From the NCBI RefSeq assembly GCF_963921235.1, contig NC_086107.1, forward strand, positions 114,020,001-114,084,000: 64,000 bases of DNA, in the 5' to 3' direction. The notes beneath the pieces are model-generated. The model was not told the DNA's origin. It saw only the letters and a program-made list of their open reading frames with translations, and made no database searches. Made by a program: the position numbers and the translations under genes. This DNA comes from Mobula hypostoma (lineage: Eukaryota). This document shows positions 11,688-24,944 of this stretch, in pieces. Each line of letters begins with the position of its first letter. Position 1 is the stretch's first letter.

Positions 11688-14600
11688 TTCCCCTCTGCTC
11701 TCTGATTCCTAAATGGACATTGAACCCATGAACAGTTCCTCACTCTTTAAAATACATATTATTTCTGTTTTTGCACTATTTTAAATTGAACAGTTTAATA
11801 TACATCTATATACTTACTGTCATTAATGTACTTATTTTTCTTTGAATTGTCATGCATTACATTATACTGCTGCTGCTAAGTTAACAAATTTCGTGACATA
11901 TACCAGTGATAATAAACCTGATTCTCCTTTGTCTATCCTACCTGTTATTCCCTTAAGGAATTCTAATGGAATTGTTAGACAAGATTTCCTCTTAAGGAAA
12001 CCATGCTGTCTTTGGCCTATTTTATCATGTGCCTCCAAGTACCTCGAAACCTCGCCCCGAATATTAGACTCAAATATCTTACCAACCACTGAAGTCAGGC
12101 TGACAGGCCTATAATTTCCTTTCTTCTGCCTCTCTCCCTTCTTAAAGAGTGGAGTGACATTTGCAATTTTCCTGTCCTCCAGAAGCATTCCAGATTCTAG
12201 TGGTTTTTGAAAGATCATTACTGCTGCCTCCACAATCTTTTCACTAAATTCTTTCAGAACCCTGGGATGAAGTCCATCTGGTCCAGGTGACTTATCTGCC
12301 TTCAGAACTTCCAGCTTCGCAAGCACTCTCTTCTGTCCCTTGACACTCGCATTTTTGGCATTCTGCTAGTGTTTTCCACAGTGAAGACTGATGAAAAATA
12401 TTTATTAAGTTCGTCGGCCATTTCTTTGTCTCTCATTACCACTACTCCAGCAACATTTTCCAGTGGTCCAATATCTGTTCTTTTACTCTTTATATGTGTG
12501 AAAAATCTTTGTATCCTGTTTGATGTTATTGCCTAGCTTGGTTTCATATTTAATCTTTTCGCTCCATATATTTTTTTTTTGTTGCTTTCTATTGGTTTTA
12601 AAAGCTTCCAAATCCTCAGAAAAGCTTCCCAGTATTTTTTATTATATTATATGTCCTCTTTTTGGCTTTGACTTCCCTTGTCAGCCATGGTTGCATTATC
12701 TTCTTTTTAGAATACTTCTTCACCTTTGTGATTGATCTGCTCCTTCCAAATTGCCCCCAGAAACTCCAGATATTGTTGTTCTGGCATCATCCCTGCTAAT
12801 GTCCCCTTCCAGACAAATGTGGCCAACTCCTCCCTCAAGGCACTCCTACCAGCCTTTTCCATTTCCTGTTGAATTTTATATCCCACAACCCGGCTATTGT
12901 TCGAGGCCTATATGTATAAATCCTATCAGGGTCTTTCCACCGTTGCACTTTCTTAACTCTACCCATAACGATTCTACATCTTCCGATCTTATGTCACCTC
13001 TTTCTAAGAGTTTGATTTCATTTTTTACCAACAGAGCAACCCCCCCCCCCGCCCATTGCCCACTGGGTGCCAGAGAGCTCTGACTTTCCCAATGTTTCTC
13101 ACCTCCAGAAACAGCCTGTGAGTCTGGGGAAACGGCCTGGGGCTGGGAAATTAGCACCATGAATGGATAGCCCAGAACCCACCACAAACTCCCTCACTGA
13201 GGACTTGACGCCCGAGCAGGTGGGCTCAGCTCGGCCTGGAAACAAGACAGACACCTGGCTGAAGGTGACCTGGGCCTAAGCTCTCATGTTGGACACTAGG
13301 CCCAAAGCTGGCTGATGACCAAACTGGGGATCAAGCCGGAGATCAGTACTGGAGCTTTCAGTCCTGTGTCCCGAGGCCAGCAGAGACAGCAACGGCCAAT
13401 CCAGGTTTTGGGTTCTGAGCGAATAAAATGAAAACTGAGAGCTGGGTAGAGCAGCCCAACAGCACTTGTGCTGAGCTGGAGACAGTCAGCTTCAGGGTAG
13501 AACAACGGCTGTGAGCCCAGACAGGAGACTGCCAAGAGGTGATTATGTTGGAGATTGTCAGGCTGAGAGTAGAACAAGAGCTCTGAGCAGTCTCAAGGGG
13601 AGATCGTTCTGCCAACTGGTGTACTTGGGTGCAGAGAATGAGCAGCAAAGAAGGCCGAAGCCTGTGACCTGGGCCCAGAACCAACTTGTAGTCAAAGTTT
13701 GACTTAAAAACAAAATTCAAAATAAAACGATTTATTTGCACAGCCTCAAACTAAACTCTACCAGCATCAGCGTCAGTGCTGAGGGGCGCGATAATTCAGA
13801 GGCAGTGGTTAGCAGATCTGAAGTCTCAAAAACTACAGCATGACACCAGAAAATTTATAAATAAACAAAAACGATCAAGAGGGGAGAGGAGATAGTGTGG
13901 GGCGAAACAGCCCAGGCCACAACAATAACCAGGGCACAGAAAAATCAAAACAGCCCACTGCAGAGTAACGTAGCAGCAGTGAGGGCACAGGTCTCCCATG
14001 AGGCAGAGAGGGACTGAGAGACACCGGTCAGTGTACAGATCTCCCCCTGAGAGAGAGGGACTGAGAGACACCAGTCAGTGTACAGATCTGTCCCTGAGAG
14101 AGAGGGACTGAGAGACACCGGTCAGTGTACAGATCTCCCCCTGAGAGAGAGGGACTGAGAGACACCAGTCAGTGTACAGATCTGTCCCTGAGAGAGAGGG
14201 ACTGAGAGACAGCGGTCAGTGTACAGATCTCCCCCTGAGAGAGAAGGACTGAGAGACACCAGTCAGTGTACAGATCTCCCCTGAGGGAGAGGGACTGAGA
14301 GACACTGGTGAATGTTTGGTAGCCTAAGTGCTGCCAGTCGCCATTGGGATTTCGCCCTCACTTTTAATATTTGAAGGGCTTTGTCTTTAAAATTGGTGTC
14401 TCATCTGGAGTCATTTCATCTTTAAAACAGTCTCACAGTTTCTGGATGGGGAGAGATGGATTCTGTAGGAGTTCCGGATAGAGCAATGTCTTCTTTCATT
14501 CAGATGCTTAATGTGGGGAGACGTCTCTTTAAATGGGGTCTCTGTTAATGAGAGTTCCCGTCTTTAATTGGGATATCTTCTGATGTGAAGCCCCGCCTAA

Positions 14601-14992
14601 ACAGGGTTTGTTACTGAGGTTAAACCTCTGGCGTACAAGGGGTTTGATGGGGAGATTGCTTCCATGAAGATTTTTCTGATTTTTCAGCCAGGACACTGAT
14701 GTGTGATACAAACACTCATACAGAGACACACACACAACACACACATACACACAGACATACAACAGACCACACACATGCACACACACAAATACACACAAAA
14801 CATAGACACACATACAAACACAGACATAGAAATACATAGATACACAACCTGACCACACATACACACACACTTACACAAATATACACAACACACACGCTCA
14901 TACACTCACACACGTACTCACAAACACACTCAGACATACACACTCACACACACACACTCACACATACACACTCACACATACACACTCACACA

Positions 14993-15039
<47 letters not shown>

Positions 15040-15057
15040 TGAAGGTGATGTGAAGCA
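11688..15057 (-). repeat. Inverted copy of extended cassette S (LINE tail + CR1 fragment 11925-13050 + U2 + minisatellite 14003-14310 + partial U1 + CA tract)
   Basis: Reverse complement of 9243-10733 and of 40591-42180. Ends in tgtgaaggtgatgtgaagc, the reverse complement of the S start at ~45508. Confidence 0.9.
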
Positions 15058-15074
15058 GCTCATCACAAACTACA

Positions 15075-15445
15075 ACTCTGCAAAATTTGCAGATGATATG
15101 AAGATAGATAGAGTGGCGGGTAGTTTTGAGGAAGTAGAGTGGCTACTGAAGGACTTAGACAGATTAATAGAATGGACAAAGAAATGGCAGATGGAATACA
15201 GTGTTGGGAAATATATGATCATGCACTTTGGTAGAAGAAGTGAAGGAGTTGACTTTTTTCTCAATGGGGAGAAAATACAAACCTCTGAGGTGCAAAGGGT
15301 TTGGGAGTCCCTAAAGGTTAATTTGCAGGTTGAGCCTGTGGTGAGGAAGGCAAGTGCAATGTTAGCATTCATTTCAGGAGGACTAGAATATAAAAGCAAG
15401 GATGTATTGTGAAACTTTATGAAGCACTGGTGAGGCCTCACTTGG
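15075..15445 (+). mobile_element. CR1 RT fragment at an inversion junction
   Basis: KFADDMKID...QRVWESLKVNLQ. Shares a private deletion with the CR1 at ~50125-50495. Confidence 0.85.
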
Positions 15446-16953
15446 TGGACTCTGTACAGACTGGGTTCTCGTATCACAACACTCAAAGTATCGCACATCA
15501 GTGTCCTGGCTGAAAGATCAGAAAACTCTTCATGGAAACAATCTCCACATCAAACCCCTTGTACAGAGGTTTAACCTCAGTAACAAATCCTGTTTAGGCA
15601 GGGCTAAACAGAAGATATCCTGATTAAAGATGAGAACTCTCATTAACAGAGACCCCATTTAAAGAGACGCCTCCCACATTAAGAATCCCAATGAAAGAAG
15701 ATATTGCTCTATCTGGAATTCCTACAGAATCCATCTCTCCCCATCCAGAAACTGTGAGCCTGTTTTAAAGATGAAATGACTCCACATGAGACACCAATTT
15801 TAAAGACAAAGCCCTTCAAAAATGAAAAGTGATGGAGAAATCCCAGTGGTGACTGGCAGCACTTAGAGTACCAAATATTCACCAGTGTCTCTCAGTCTCT
15901 CCCTCAGGGACAGATCTGTACACTGACCGGTGTCTCTCAGTCCCTCTCTCTCAGGGGAGAGCTGTACACTGACCGGCAATGTTCCCTCTAATTTTTAGTA
16001 GTCAGTGTGCGCAAAAATACTATGTTGTGCAAATTTTTTTCCTGTGACAAAAGTATGTGCGCGCTGAATGCACACTTGGCACAGTTTATGCAGACTTACA
16101 AAATATTTGACATAATACTGCACGGAATAACAACAAAATAACTTACATATTTAAGTCACTCAGTTATTTTTTCTCTCTCCTGTCTTTGGCATTTACCCAT
16201 TCTTTGTAAACTCTATCTCAACTAATAGAACTTCCATCCAATTGATAGCTTTTGATTCTTATTAACATATCCAAATGACATTCACCAAAACGGTTTCTCA
16301 GCTTGTTTTTGAGTTGATTCATTAGAAACATAGAAACATAGAAAATAGGTGCAGGAGTAGGCCATTCGGCTCTTCGAGCCTGCACCGCCATTCAGTATGA
16401 TCATGGCTGATCATCCAACTCAGAACCCTGTACCAGCCTTCCCTCCATACCCACTGATCCCTTTAGCTACAAGGGCCATATCTAACTCCCTCTTAAATAT
16501 AGCCAATGAACTGGCCTCAACTGTTTCCTGTGGCAGAGAATTCCACAGATTCACCACTCTCTGTGTGAACAAGTTTTTCCTAATCTCGGCCCTAAAAGGC
16601 TTCCCCTTTATCCTCAAACTGTGACCCCTCGTTCTGGACTTCCCCAACATCGGGAACAATCTTCCTGCATCTAGCCTGTCCAATCCCTTTAGAATTATAT
16701 ACATTTCAATAAGATCCCCCCTCAATCTTCTAAATTCCAACGAGTATAAGCCTAGTCGATCCAGTCTTTCATCATATTAAAGTCCTGCCATCCCAGGAAT
16801 CAACCTGGTGAACCTTCTTTGTACTCCCTCTATGGCAAGGATGTCTTTCCTCAGATTAGGGGACCAAAACTGCACACAATACTCCAGGTGTGGTCTCACC
16901 AAGGCCTTGTACAACTGCAGTAGTACCTCCCTGCTCCTGTACTCGAATCCGCT

Positions 16954-19900
16954 TACCATAGAGCCATAGAACCATAGAAACTACAGCACAGAAACAGGCC
17001 TTATGGCCCTTCTTGGCTGTGCCGAACCATTTTCTGCCTAGTCCCACTGACCTGCACACGGACCATATCCCTCCATACACCTCCCATCCATGTATCTGTC
17101 CAATTTATTCTTAAATGTTAAAAAAGAACCCGCATTTACCACCTCGTCTGGCAGCTCATTCCATACTCCCACCACTCTCTGTGTGAAGAAGCCCCCACTA
17201 ATGTTCCCTTTAAACTTTTCCCCCCTCACCCTTAACCCATGTCCTCTGGTTTTTTTCTCCCCTTGCCTCAGTGGAAAAAGCCTGCTTGCATTCACTCTAT
17301 CTATACCCATCATAATTTTATATACCTCTATCAAATCTCCCCTCATTCTTCTACGCTCCAGGGTATAAAGTCCTAACCTATTCAACCTTTCTCTGTAACT
17401 GAGCTTCTCAAGTCCTGGCCACATCCTTGTAAACCTTCTCTGCACTCTTTCAACCTTATTTATATCCTTCCTGTAATTTCCTGTAATAACTGAACACAAT
17501 ACTCCAGATTCGGCATCACCAATGCCTTATACAACCTCATCATAACATTCCAGCTCTTATACTCAATACTATGATTAATAAAGGCCAATGTACCAAAAGC
17601 TCTCTTTACGACCCTATCTACCTGTGGCGCCACTTTTAGGGAATTTTGTATCTGTATTCCCAGATCCCTCCGTTCCACTGCACTCCTCAGTGCCTTACCA
17701 TTAACCCTGTATGTTCTACCTTGGTTTGTCCTTCCAACGTGCAATACCTTACACTTGTCTGCATTAAACTCCATCTGCCATTTTTCAGCCCATTTTTCCA
17801 GCTGGTCCAAGTCCCTCTGCAGGCTCTGAAAACCTTCCTCGCTGTCTACTACACCTCCAATCTTTGTATCATCAGCAAATTTGCTGATCCAATTTACCAC
17901 ATTATCATCCAGATCATTGATATAGATGACAAATAACAATGGACCCAGCACTGATTCCTGTGGCACACCACTAGTCACAGGCCTCCACTCGGAGAAACAA
18001 TTCTCTACTACCACTCTTTGGCTTCTTCCATTGAGCCAATGTCTGATCCAATTTACCACCTCTCCATGTATACCTAGCGACTGAATTTTCCTAACTAACC
18101 TCCCATGCGGGACCTTGTCAAAGGCCTTACTGAAATCCATGTAGACAATATCCACTGCCTTCCCTTCATCCACTTTCCTGGTAACCTCCTCAAAAAACTC
18201 CAATAGATTGGTCAAACATGACCTGCCACGCACAAAGCCATGTTGACTCTCCCTAATAGTCCCTGTCTATCCAAATGCTTGTAGATTCTGTCTCTTAGTA
18301 CTCCCTCCAATTACTTACCTACCACCAACGTTAAACTTACCGGCCTATAATTTCCTGGATTACTGTTCGATCCTTTTTTAAACAACGGAACAACATGAGC
18401 CACTCTCCAGTCCTCTAGCACCTCACCTGTAGACAGCGACATTTTAAATATTTCTGCCAGGGCCCCTGCAATTTCAACACCAGTCTCCTTCAAAGTCCGA
18501 GGGAACACCCTGTCAGGTCCCGGGGATTTATCCACTTTAATTTTCCTCAAGACAGCAAGGACCTCCTCCTTTTCGAACTATACAGTTTCCATGATCTCAC
18601 TACTTGTTTCCCCTACTTCCATAGACTTCATGCCAGTTTCCTTAGTAAATACAGACGCAAAAAACCTATTTAAGATCTCCCCCATTTCCTTTGGTTCCAC
18701 ACATAGGCGACCACTCTGATCTTTAAGAGGACCAATTTTATCCCTTACAATCCTTTTGCTCTTAACATACCTGTAAAAGCTGTTTGGATTATCCTTCACT
18801 TTGACTGCCAATGCAACCTCATGTCTTCTTTTAGCACTCCTGATTTCTTTCTTAAGTATTTTCTTGCACTTCTTATACTTCTCAAGCACCTTATTTACTC
18901 CCTGCTTCCTATACATGTCATACAATTCCCTCTTCTTCTTTATCAGAGTTGCAATATCCCTTGAGAACCAAGGTTCCTTATTCCTATTCACTTTGCCTTT
19001 AATCCTGACAGGAACATACAAATTCTGCGCTCTCAAAATTTCTCCTTTGAAGGCTTCCCACCTACCGATCACATCTTTGCCAGAGAACAACCTGTCCCAA
19101 TCCACGCTTTTTAGATCCTTTCTCATTTCTTCAAATTTGGCCTTCTTCCAGTTAAGAACCTCAACCCTAGGACCAGATCTATCCTTGTCCATGATCAAGT
19201 TGAAACTAATGGTGTTATGATCACTGGAACCAAAGTGCTCCCCTACACAGACTTCCGTCACTTGTCCTAACTCGTTTCCTAACAGGAGATCCAATATTGC
19301 ATCCCCTCTAGTTGGTCCCTCTATATATTGATGTAGAAAACTTTCCTGAACACATTTTACAAACTCTAAACCATCTAGACCCCTAACAGTATGGGAGTTC
19401 CAATCAATATATGGAAAATTAAAATCCCCTACCACCACAACTTTATGTTTCCTGCAGTTGCTTGCTATCTCCCTGCAGATTTGCTCTTCCAATTCTCGTT
19501 GACTATTGGGTGGTCTGTAATACAATCCCACTAATGTGGCCATACCTTTCCTGTTTCTCAGCTCCACCCATAAGGACTCAGTAGACAAGCCCTTTAATCT
19601 GTCCTGCCTGAGCACTGCTGTAATATTTTCCCTAACAAGCAATGCTACTCCCCCACCTTTCATTCTTCTGCCTCGATCACATCTGAAACATCGGAACCCT
19701 GGAATATTAAGCTGCCAGTCCTGCCCCTCCTGTAGCCAAGTTTCACTAATTGCTATAACGTCATAATTCCACGTGTCAATCCACGCCCTCAACTCATCCA
19801 CCTTCCCCGCAATACTCCTAGCATTGAAATATATACACCTCAGGAGATTTTTACCACCACTCACAACCTTTCTATTAGCGAATTTGCTTGAACTTTTAAC

Positions 19901-20931
19901 ATCATTTATTTTCACCCCAGCCACACTGTCAGCTCTGGCACTCTGGTTCCCATCCCCCTGCAAATCTAGTTTAAAGCCTCCCCAACAGCACTAACAAACC
20001 TCCCTGAAAGGATATTGGTCCCCCTGTAGTTCAAGTGTAACCCGTCTCTCTTGTACAGGTCCCACCTGCCCCAGAAGAGGTCCCAATTATCCTGAAATCT
20101 GAAACCCTGCCCCCTACACCAGTTCCTCAGCACTTGTTCATCCTCCAGAGCATCCTATTCCTACCCTCACTGGCACCTACCACAGGTAGCAATCCTGAGA
20201 TTACCACCCTCGAGGTCTTGCTTTTCAACTTCCTACCAAGCTCTCTATACTCACTCTCCAGGACCTCCTCACTCTTCCTTGCTATGTCATTGGTACCGAT
20301 GTGCACCACAACATCTGGCTGATCACCCTCCCACTTCAGAATGTCATGCAATTGTTCAGAGACATCCTGACCCTGGCATCCGGGAGGCAACAAACCATCC
20401 TGGATTCTCTGTCACGACCACAGAACCTCCTATCTGCACCTCTAACTATCGAGTCCCCTATCACTACCGCTCTCCTCTTTTCCCCCCTCCCTTCTGCACT
20501 GCAGAGCCAGACTCAGTGCCAGAGATCCGGCTACTGCAGCTTGTCCCAGGTAAGTCATCCCCCCCAACAGTATCCAATGTGGTATACTTGTTGTTGAGGG
20601 GAATGGCCACAGGGGAACCCTGCTCTGCCTGCCCTTTCCTCTTCCCTCGCCTGACAGTGACCCAATTTCCTGTCCTCTGCTCCTTTGGCGTAACCTCCTC
20701 CCTGTAGCTACTATCGATAATCTCCTCATTCTCCCAAATGATCCGCAGGTCATCCAGCTCCTGCTCCAGTTCCCTAACGCAGTTTGTTAGGAGCTGCAGC
20801 TGGATGTACTTCTTGCAGGAGTCGTTGTCAGGGACACCGGAGGGCTCCCTGACTTCCCACATCCTGCAAGAGGAGCATTCCAACTTCCTGCCTGGCATTC
20901 TCTCTACTCTAAACTATCTAAAAAAAAATAT
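16954..20931 (-). mobile_element. Near-full-length CR1 LINE 'B' (ORF1 zinc finger/leucine zipper + SGNH esterase; ORF2 APE + RT), disrupted
   Basis: ORF1 CSSCRMWE..RELEQELDDLR..VIGDSIVR..VHIGTND. ORF2 pieces at 18578-19963, 18311-18550, 17460-18233 (KFADD) and 17038-17499. accatag tail. CR1-A sequence resumes on both sides. Confidence 0.92.
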
Positions 20932-20980
20932 TTGCTATGAATGCTAGCATACCATTCGCCTTTTTCACCGCCTGCTGTAC

Positions 20981-23326
20981 CTACATGCCCACTTTCAAAG
21001 ACTGGTGTATAATGACACCCAGGTCTCGTTGCACCTCCCCTTTTCCTAATCGGCCACCATTCAGATAATAATCTGTTTTCCTGTTTTTGCCACCAAAGTG
21101 GATAACTTCACATTTATCCACATTAAATTGCATCTGCCATGAATTTGCCCAATCACCTAACCTATCCAAGTCACCCTGCATCCTCTTAGCATCCTCCTCA
21201 CAGCTAACACTGCCGCCCAGCTTCGTGTCATCCACAAACTTGGAGATGCTGCATTTAATTCCCTCATCTAAGTCATTAATATATATTGTAAACAACCGGG
21301 GTCCCAGCACTGAGCCTTGCGGTACCCCACTAGTCACTGCCTGCCATTCTGAAAAGGTCCTGTTTATTCCCACTCTTCGCTTCCTGTCTGCCAACCAATT
21401 CTCTATCCACATCAATACCCTACCCCCAATACCATGTGCTTTAAGTTTGCACACTAATCTCCTGTGTGGGACCTTGTCAAAAGCCTTTTGAAAATTCAAA
21501 TATACCACATCCACTGGTTCTACTCTACTAGTTACATCCTCAAAAAATTCTATCAGATTCGTCAGACATGATTTTCCTTTCACAAATCCATGCTGACTTT
21601 GTCCGATGATTTCACTGCTTTCCAAATGTGCTGTTATCACATCTTTGTTAACTGACTCTAGCATTTTCCCCACCACCGATGTTAGGCTAATCGGTCTATA
21701 ATTTCCCGGTTTCTCTCTCCCTCCTTTTTTAAAAAGTGGGGTTACATTAGCCACCCTCCAATCCTCAGGAACTAGTCCAGAATCTAAAAAGTTTTGAAAA
21801 ATTATCACTAATGCATCCACTATTTCTTGGGCTACTTCCTTAAGCACTCTGGGATGCAGACCATCTGGCCCTGGGGATTTATCTGCCTTTAATCCCTTCA
21901 ATTTACCTAACACCACTTCCTTACTAACATGTATTTCCCTCAGTTCCTCCATCTCACTGGACCCTCTGTCCCCTACTATTTCCGGAAGATTATTTATCTC
22001 CTTCTTAGTGAAGACAGAACCAAAGTAGTTATTCAATTGGTCTGCCATGTCCTTGCTCCCCATAATCAATTCACCTGTTTCTGTCTGTAGGGGACCTACA
22101 TTTGTCTTAACCAATCTTTTTCTTTTCACATATCTATAAAAGCTTTTACAGTCAGTTTTTATGTTCCCTGCCAATTTTCTCTCATAATCTTTTTTCCCTT
22201 TCCTAATTAAGCCCTTTGTCCTCCTCTGCTGGACTCTGAATTTCACCCAGACCTCAGGTGAGCCACTTTCTCTGGCTAATTTGTATGCTTCTTCTTTGGA
22301 ATTGATACTATCCCTAAATTCCCTTGTCAGCCACGGGTGCACTATCTTCCCTGATTTATTCTTTTGCCAAACTGGGATGAACAATTGTTGTAGTTCATCC
22401 ATGTGATCTTTAAATGCTTGCCATTGCATATCCACCGTCAACCCTTTAAGTGTCATTTGCCAGTCTATCTTAGCTAATTCACGTCTCATACCTTCAAAGT
22501 TACCTTTCTTTAAGTTCAGAACCTTTGTTCCTGAATTAACTATGTCACTCTCCATCTTAAGGAAGAATTCCACCGTATTATGGTCACTCTTACCCAAGGG
22601 GCCTCTCACGACAAGATTGCTAATTAACCCTTCCTCATTGCTCAATACCCAGTCTAGAATGGCCTGCTCTCTAGTTGGTTCCTCGACATGTTGGTTCAAA
22701 AAACCATCCCGCGTACATTCCAAGAAATCCTCTTCCTCAGCACCCTTACCAATTTGGTTCACCCAATCTATATGTAGATTGAAGTCACCCATTATAACTG
22801 CTGTTCCTTTATTGCATGCATTTCTAATTTCCTGTTTAATACCATCCCCAACCTCACTACTACTGTTAGGTGGCCTGTACACAACTCCCACCAGCGTTTT
22901 CTGCCGTTTAGTGTTATGCAGCTCTACCCATATCGATTTCACATCCTCCCGGCTAATGTCCTTCCTTTCTATTGTGTTAATCTCCTCTCTATCCAGCAAT
23001 GCTATCCCACCTCCTTTTCTTTCATGTCTATCCCTCCTGAATATTGAATATCCCTGAATGTTGAGCTCCCATCCTTGGTCACACTGGAGCCATGTCTCTG
23101 TGATCCCAACTATATCATATTCATTAATAACAATCTGCACTTTTAATTCATCCACCTTGTTACGAATGCTCCTTGCATTGACACACAAAGCCTTCAGGCT
23201 CGCTTTTACAACACTCTTAGCCTTTATACAATTATGTTGAAAAGTGGCCCTTTTTGATTTTTGCCCTGGATTTGCCGGCCTGCCACTTTTACTTTTCACC
23301 TTACTACTTTTTGCTTCTACCCTCAT
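20981..23326 (-). pseudogene. CR1-A ORF2 remnant, 781 aa (APE endonuclease + reverse transcriptase), ending at a premature stop
   Basis: [43 protein letters not shown] motifs. Confidence 0.9.
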
Positions 23327-24944
23327 TTTACACCCCTCTGTCTCTCTGCACTTGTTCCCATCCCCCTCTTGTGAACTAACCTCTTCTCTCCTCGTCGCTT
23401 TAATTTGAATCCCACCCCCCGACCATCGTAGTTTAAAGTCACCTCAGTAGCCCTCACAAATCTCCCCGCCAGGATATTGGTCCCCCGAGGATTCAAGTGT
23501 AACCCGTCCTTTTTGTACAGGTCACACCTGCGCCAAAAAAGGTCCCAATGATCCAAAAACGTGAATCCCTGCCCACTGCTCCAATCCCTCAGCCATGCAT
23601 TTATCCTCCACCTCACTGCATTCCTACTCTCACTGTCGTGTGGCACAGGCAGTAATCCCGAGATTACTACCTTTGCGCTCCTTTTTCTCAACTCCCTAAC
23701 TCCCTATATTCTCCTTTCAGGACCTCTTCCCTTTTCCTACCTATGTCATTGGTACCTATATGTACCACGACCTCTGGCTCCTCACCCTCCCACCTCGGGA
23801 TATCTTGGACGCGATCAGAAATATCCTGGATCCTGGCACCAGGGAGGCAAACTACCATCCGGGTCTCTACCATTAGGCTAAAACCTCGCTCACATTCCGC
23901 ACTAGACGCATAAAAGGTTCCCCCAATGTCCGTCAGCTGTGCAAGGTCACAAAACTGTTCATTTTGCAGTACAAATGCCACCATTTGAGCGAAGTTTGAA
24001 ATCGGTTTGGATTTAATTTTTTCTTGCACGGAAAAGTTGAAATCATTAAACTGTCTAACTATCACAATATTTTTAACTAGAAAATCATGATGTTTTAGAC
24101 ACAAGGCATTAACTGGTTCACCGCCAAATGTGAAGTCACAATCTGCAATTGTGAAGAAATCAAAAGCTGACCATTCTTATACCTCAACTTTGATCTCCTC
24201 TGGGTTTCATCATTTTCGCTCTCGCTCATCTGCACTCAACCGTAACATGCGTAGCACTCCGGTAACGGGTAATGACAGGTTCTGTCGCCTGAGCTTTTGT
24301 AAACCGTCCAAATGTGATTTACTTGCCAAATGATGCTTCAAAAAGTCAAGTTTCCAAATATCATCCCACTTCTTTCCACTAGCAAATTCGCCAGTAAATT
24401 TCGCATCACGATAATACAAACAGATAACTCCAGTTTCAGAATCACACAAAATATTTCTCGTAGCTGAATGTTCATGACCTCATGAGCTTTCGGTGTAGCA
24501 GTTTCTACTATTTTGTGAAGCCATTCAACTTTAAATAAATTTGCGGTTCGTTTGCGCTTCACGCCCTTCGCTTCTTTTGAATTCGACTTTGTAAATCAAT
24601 ATTTTTTCCGATAAAGACTTAGTAAGCTATCTACAGGATTTGAAACAGATCTTTGTAAACTTTATGATATGAACATTGTCCGCCAAACATGGCTGCCGCC
24701 ATGATGCAGCTGTACAAACCAGAACAGGAAAGGTAAGGTGACGTAAATTAGTGACGTGCATTGTGGTAGTTGAAAAACCGACTAACTACTTAACAGAAAC
24801 AGTTAGCTAAAAGGTAATTTTCAATAAGTATAATTATTAATTACTAAATTATTTTAGGTAACAAACTTTTTGTGCGCACATTAATTTCCTTTCTGCGCTG
24901 GTTGAAAACGGCGTGTACGTGCGCACAGCTTGGAGGGAAATATG

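Larger units (their letters stand above)
16326..23870 (-). mobile_element. CR1 LINE 'A' (5'-truncated in ORF1), inserted in the hAT transposase and itself split by CR1-B
   Basis: cattag duplicated at 16320-16325 and 23871-23876. (ttctatgt)n tail. ORF1 esterase piece VVVHIGTND..DGLHLN, and ORF2 with APE and RT. Confidence 0.92.
15977..24944 (-). mobile_element. hAT DNA transposon (internally deleted, ZNF862/TTF-finger-like transposase remnants), ~1.4 kb once nested LINEs are removed
   Basis: 8-bp TSD ctgaccgg at 15969-15976 and 24945-24952. Imperfect TIRs caatgttccctctaa / ttggagggaaatatg. Remnants include a TTF-like finger (VICLYYRD..FASGK..LKHHLASKSH) and the hATC motif ASSAECERGFSLM, which continues as NQLKNKLRNRF..HLDMLIRI across the CR1 insertion. 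Confidence 0.92.

Noticed and set aside
16326..23870. RT next to a repeat array as a retron/DGR-like system or domesticated gene
   Set aside because: The ORFs are standard CR1 APE+RT with stops, frameshifts and 3' microsatellite tails. Adjacency to the array is explained by nested insertion.
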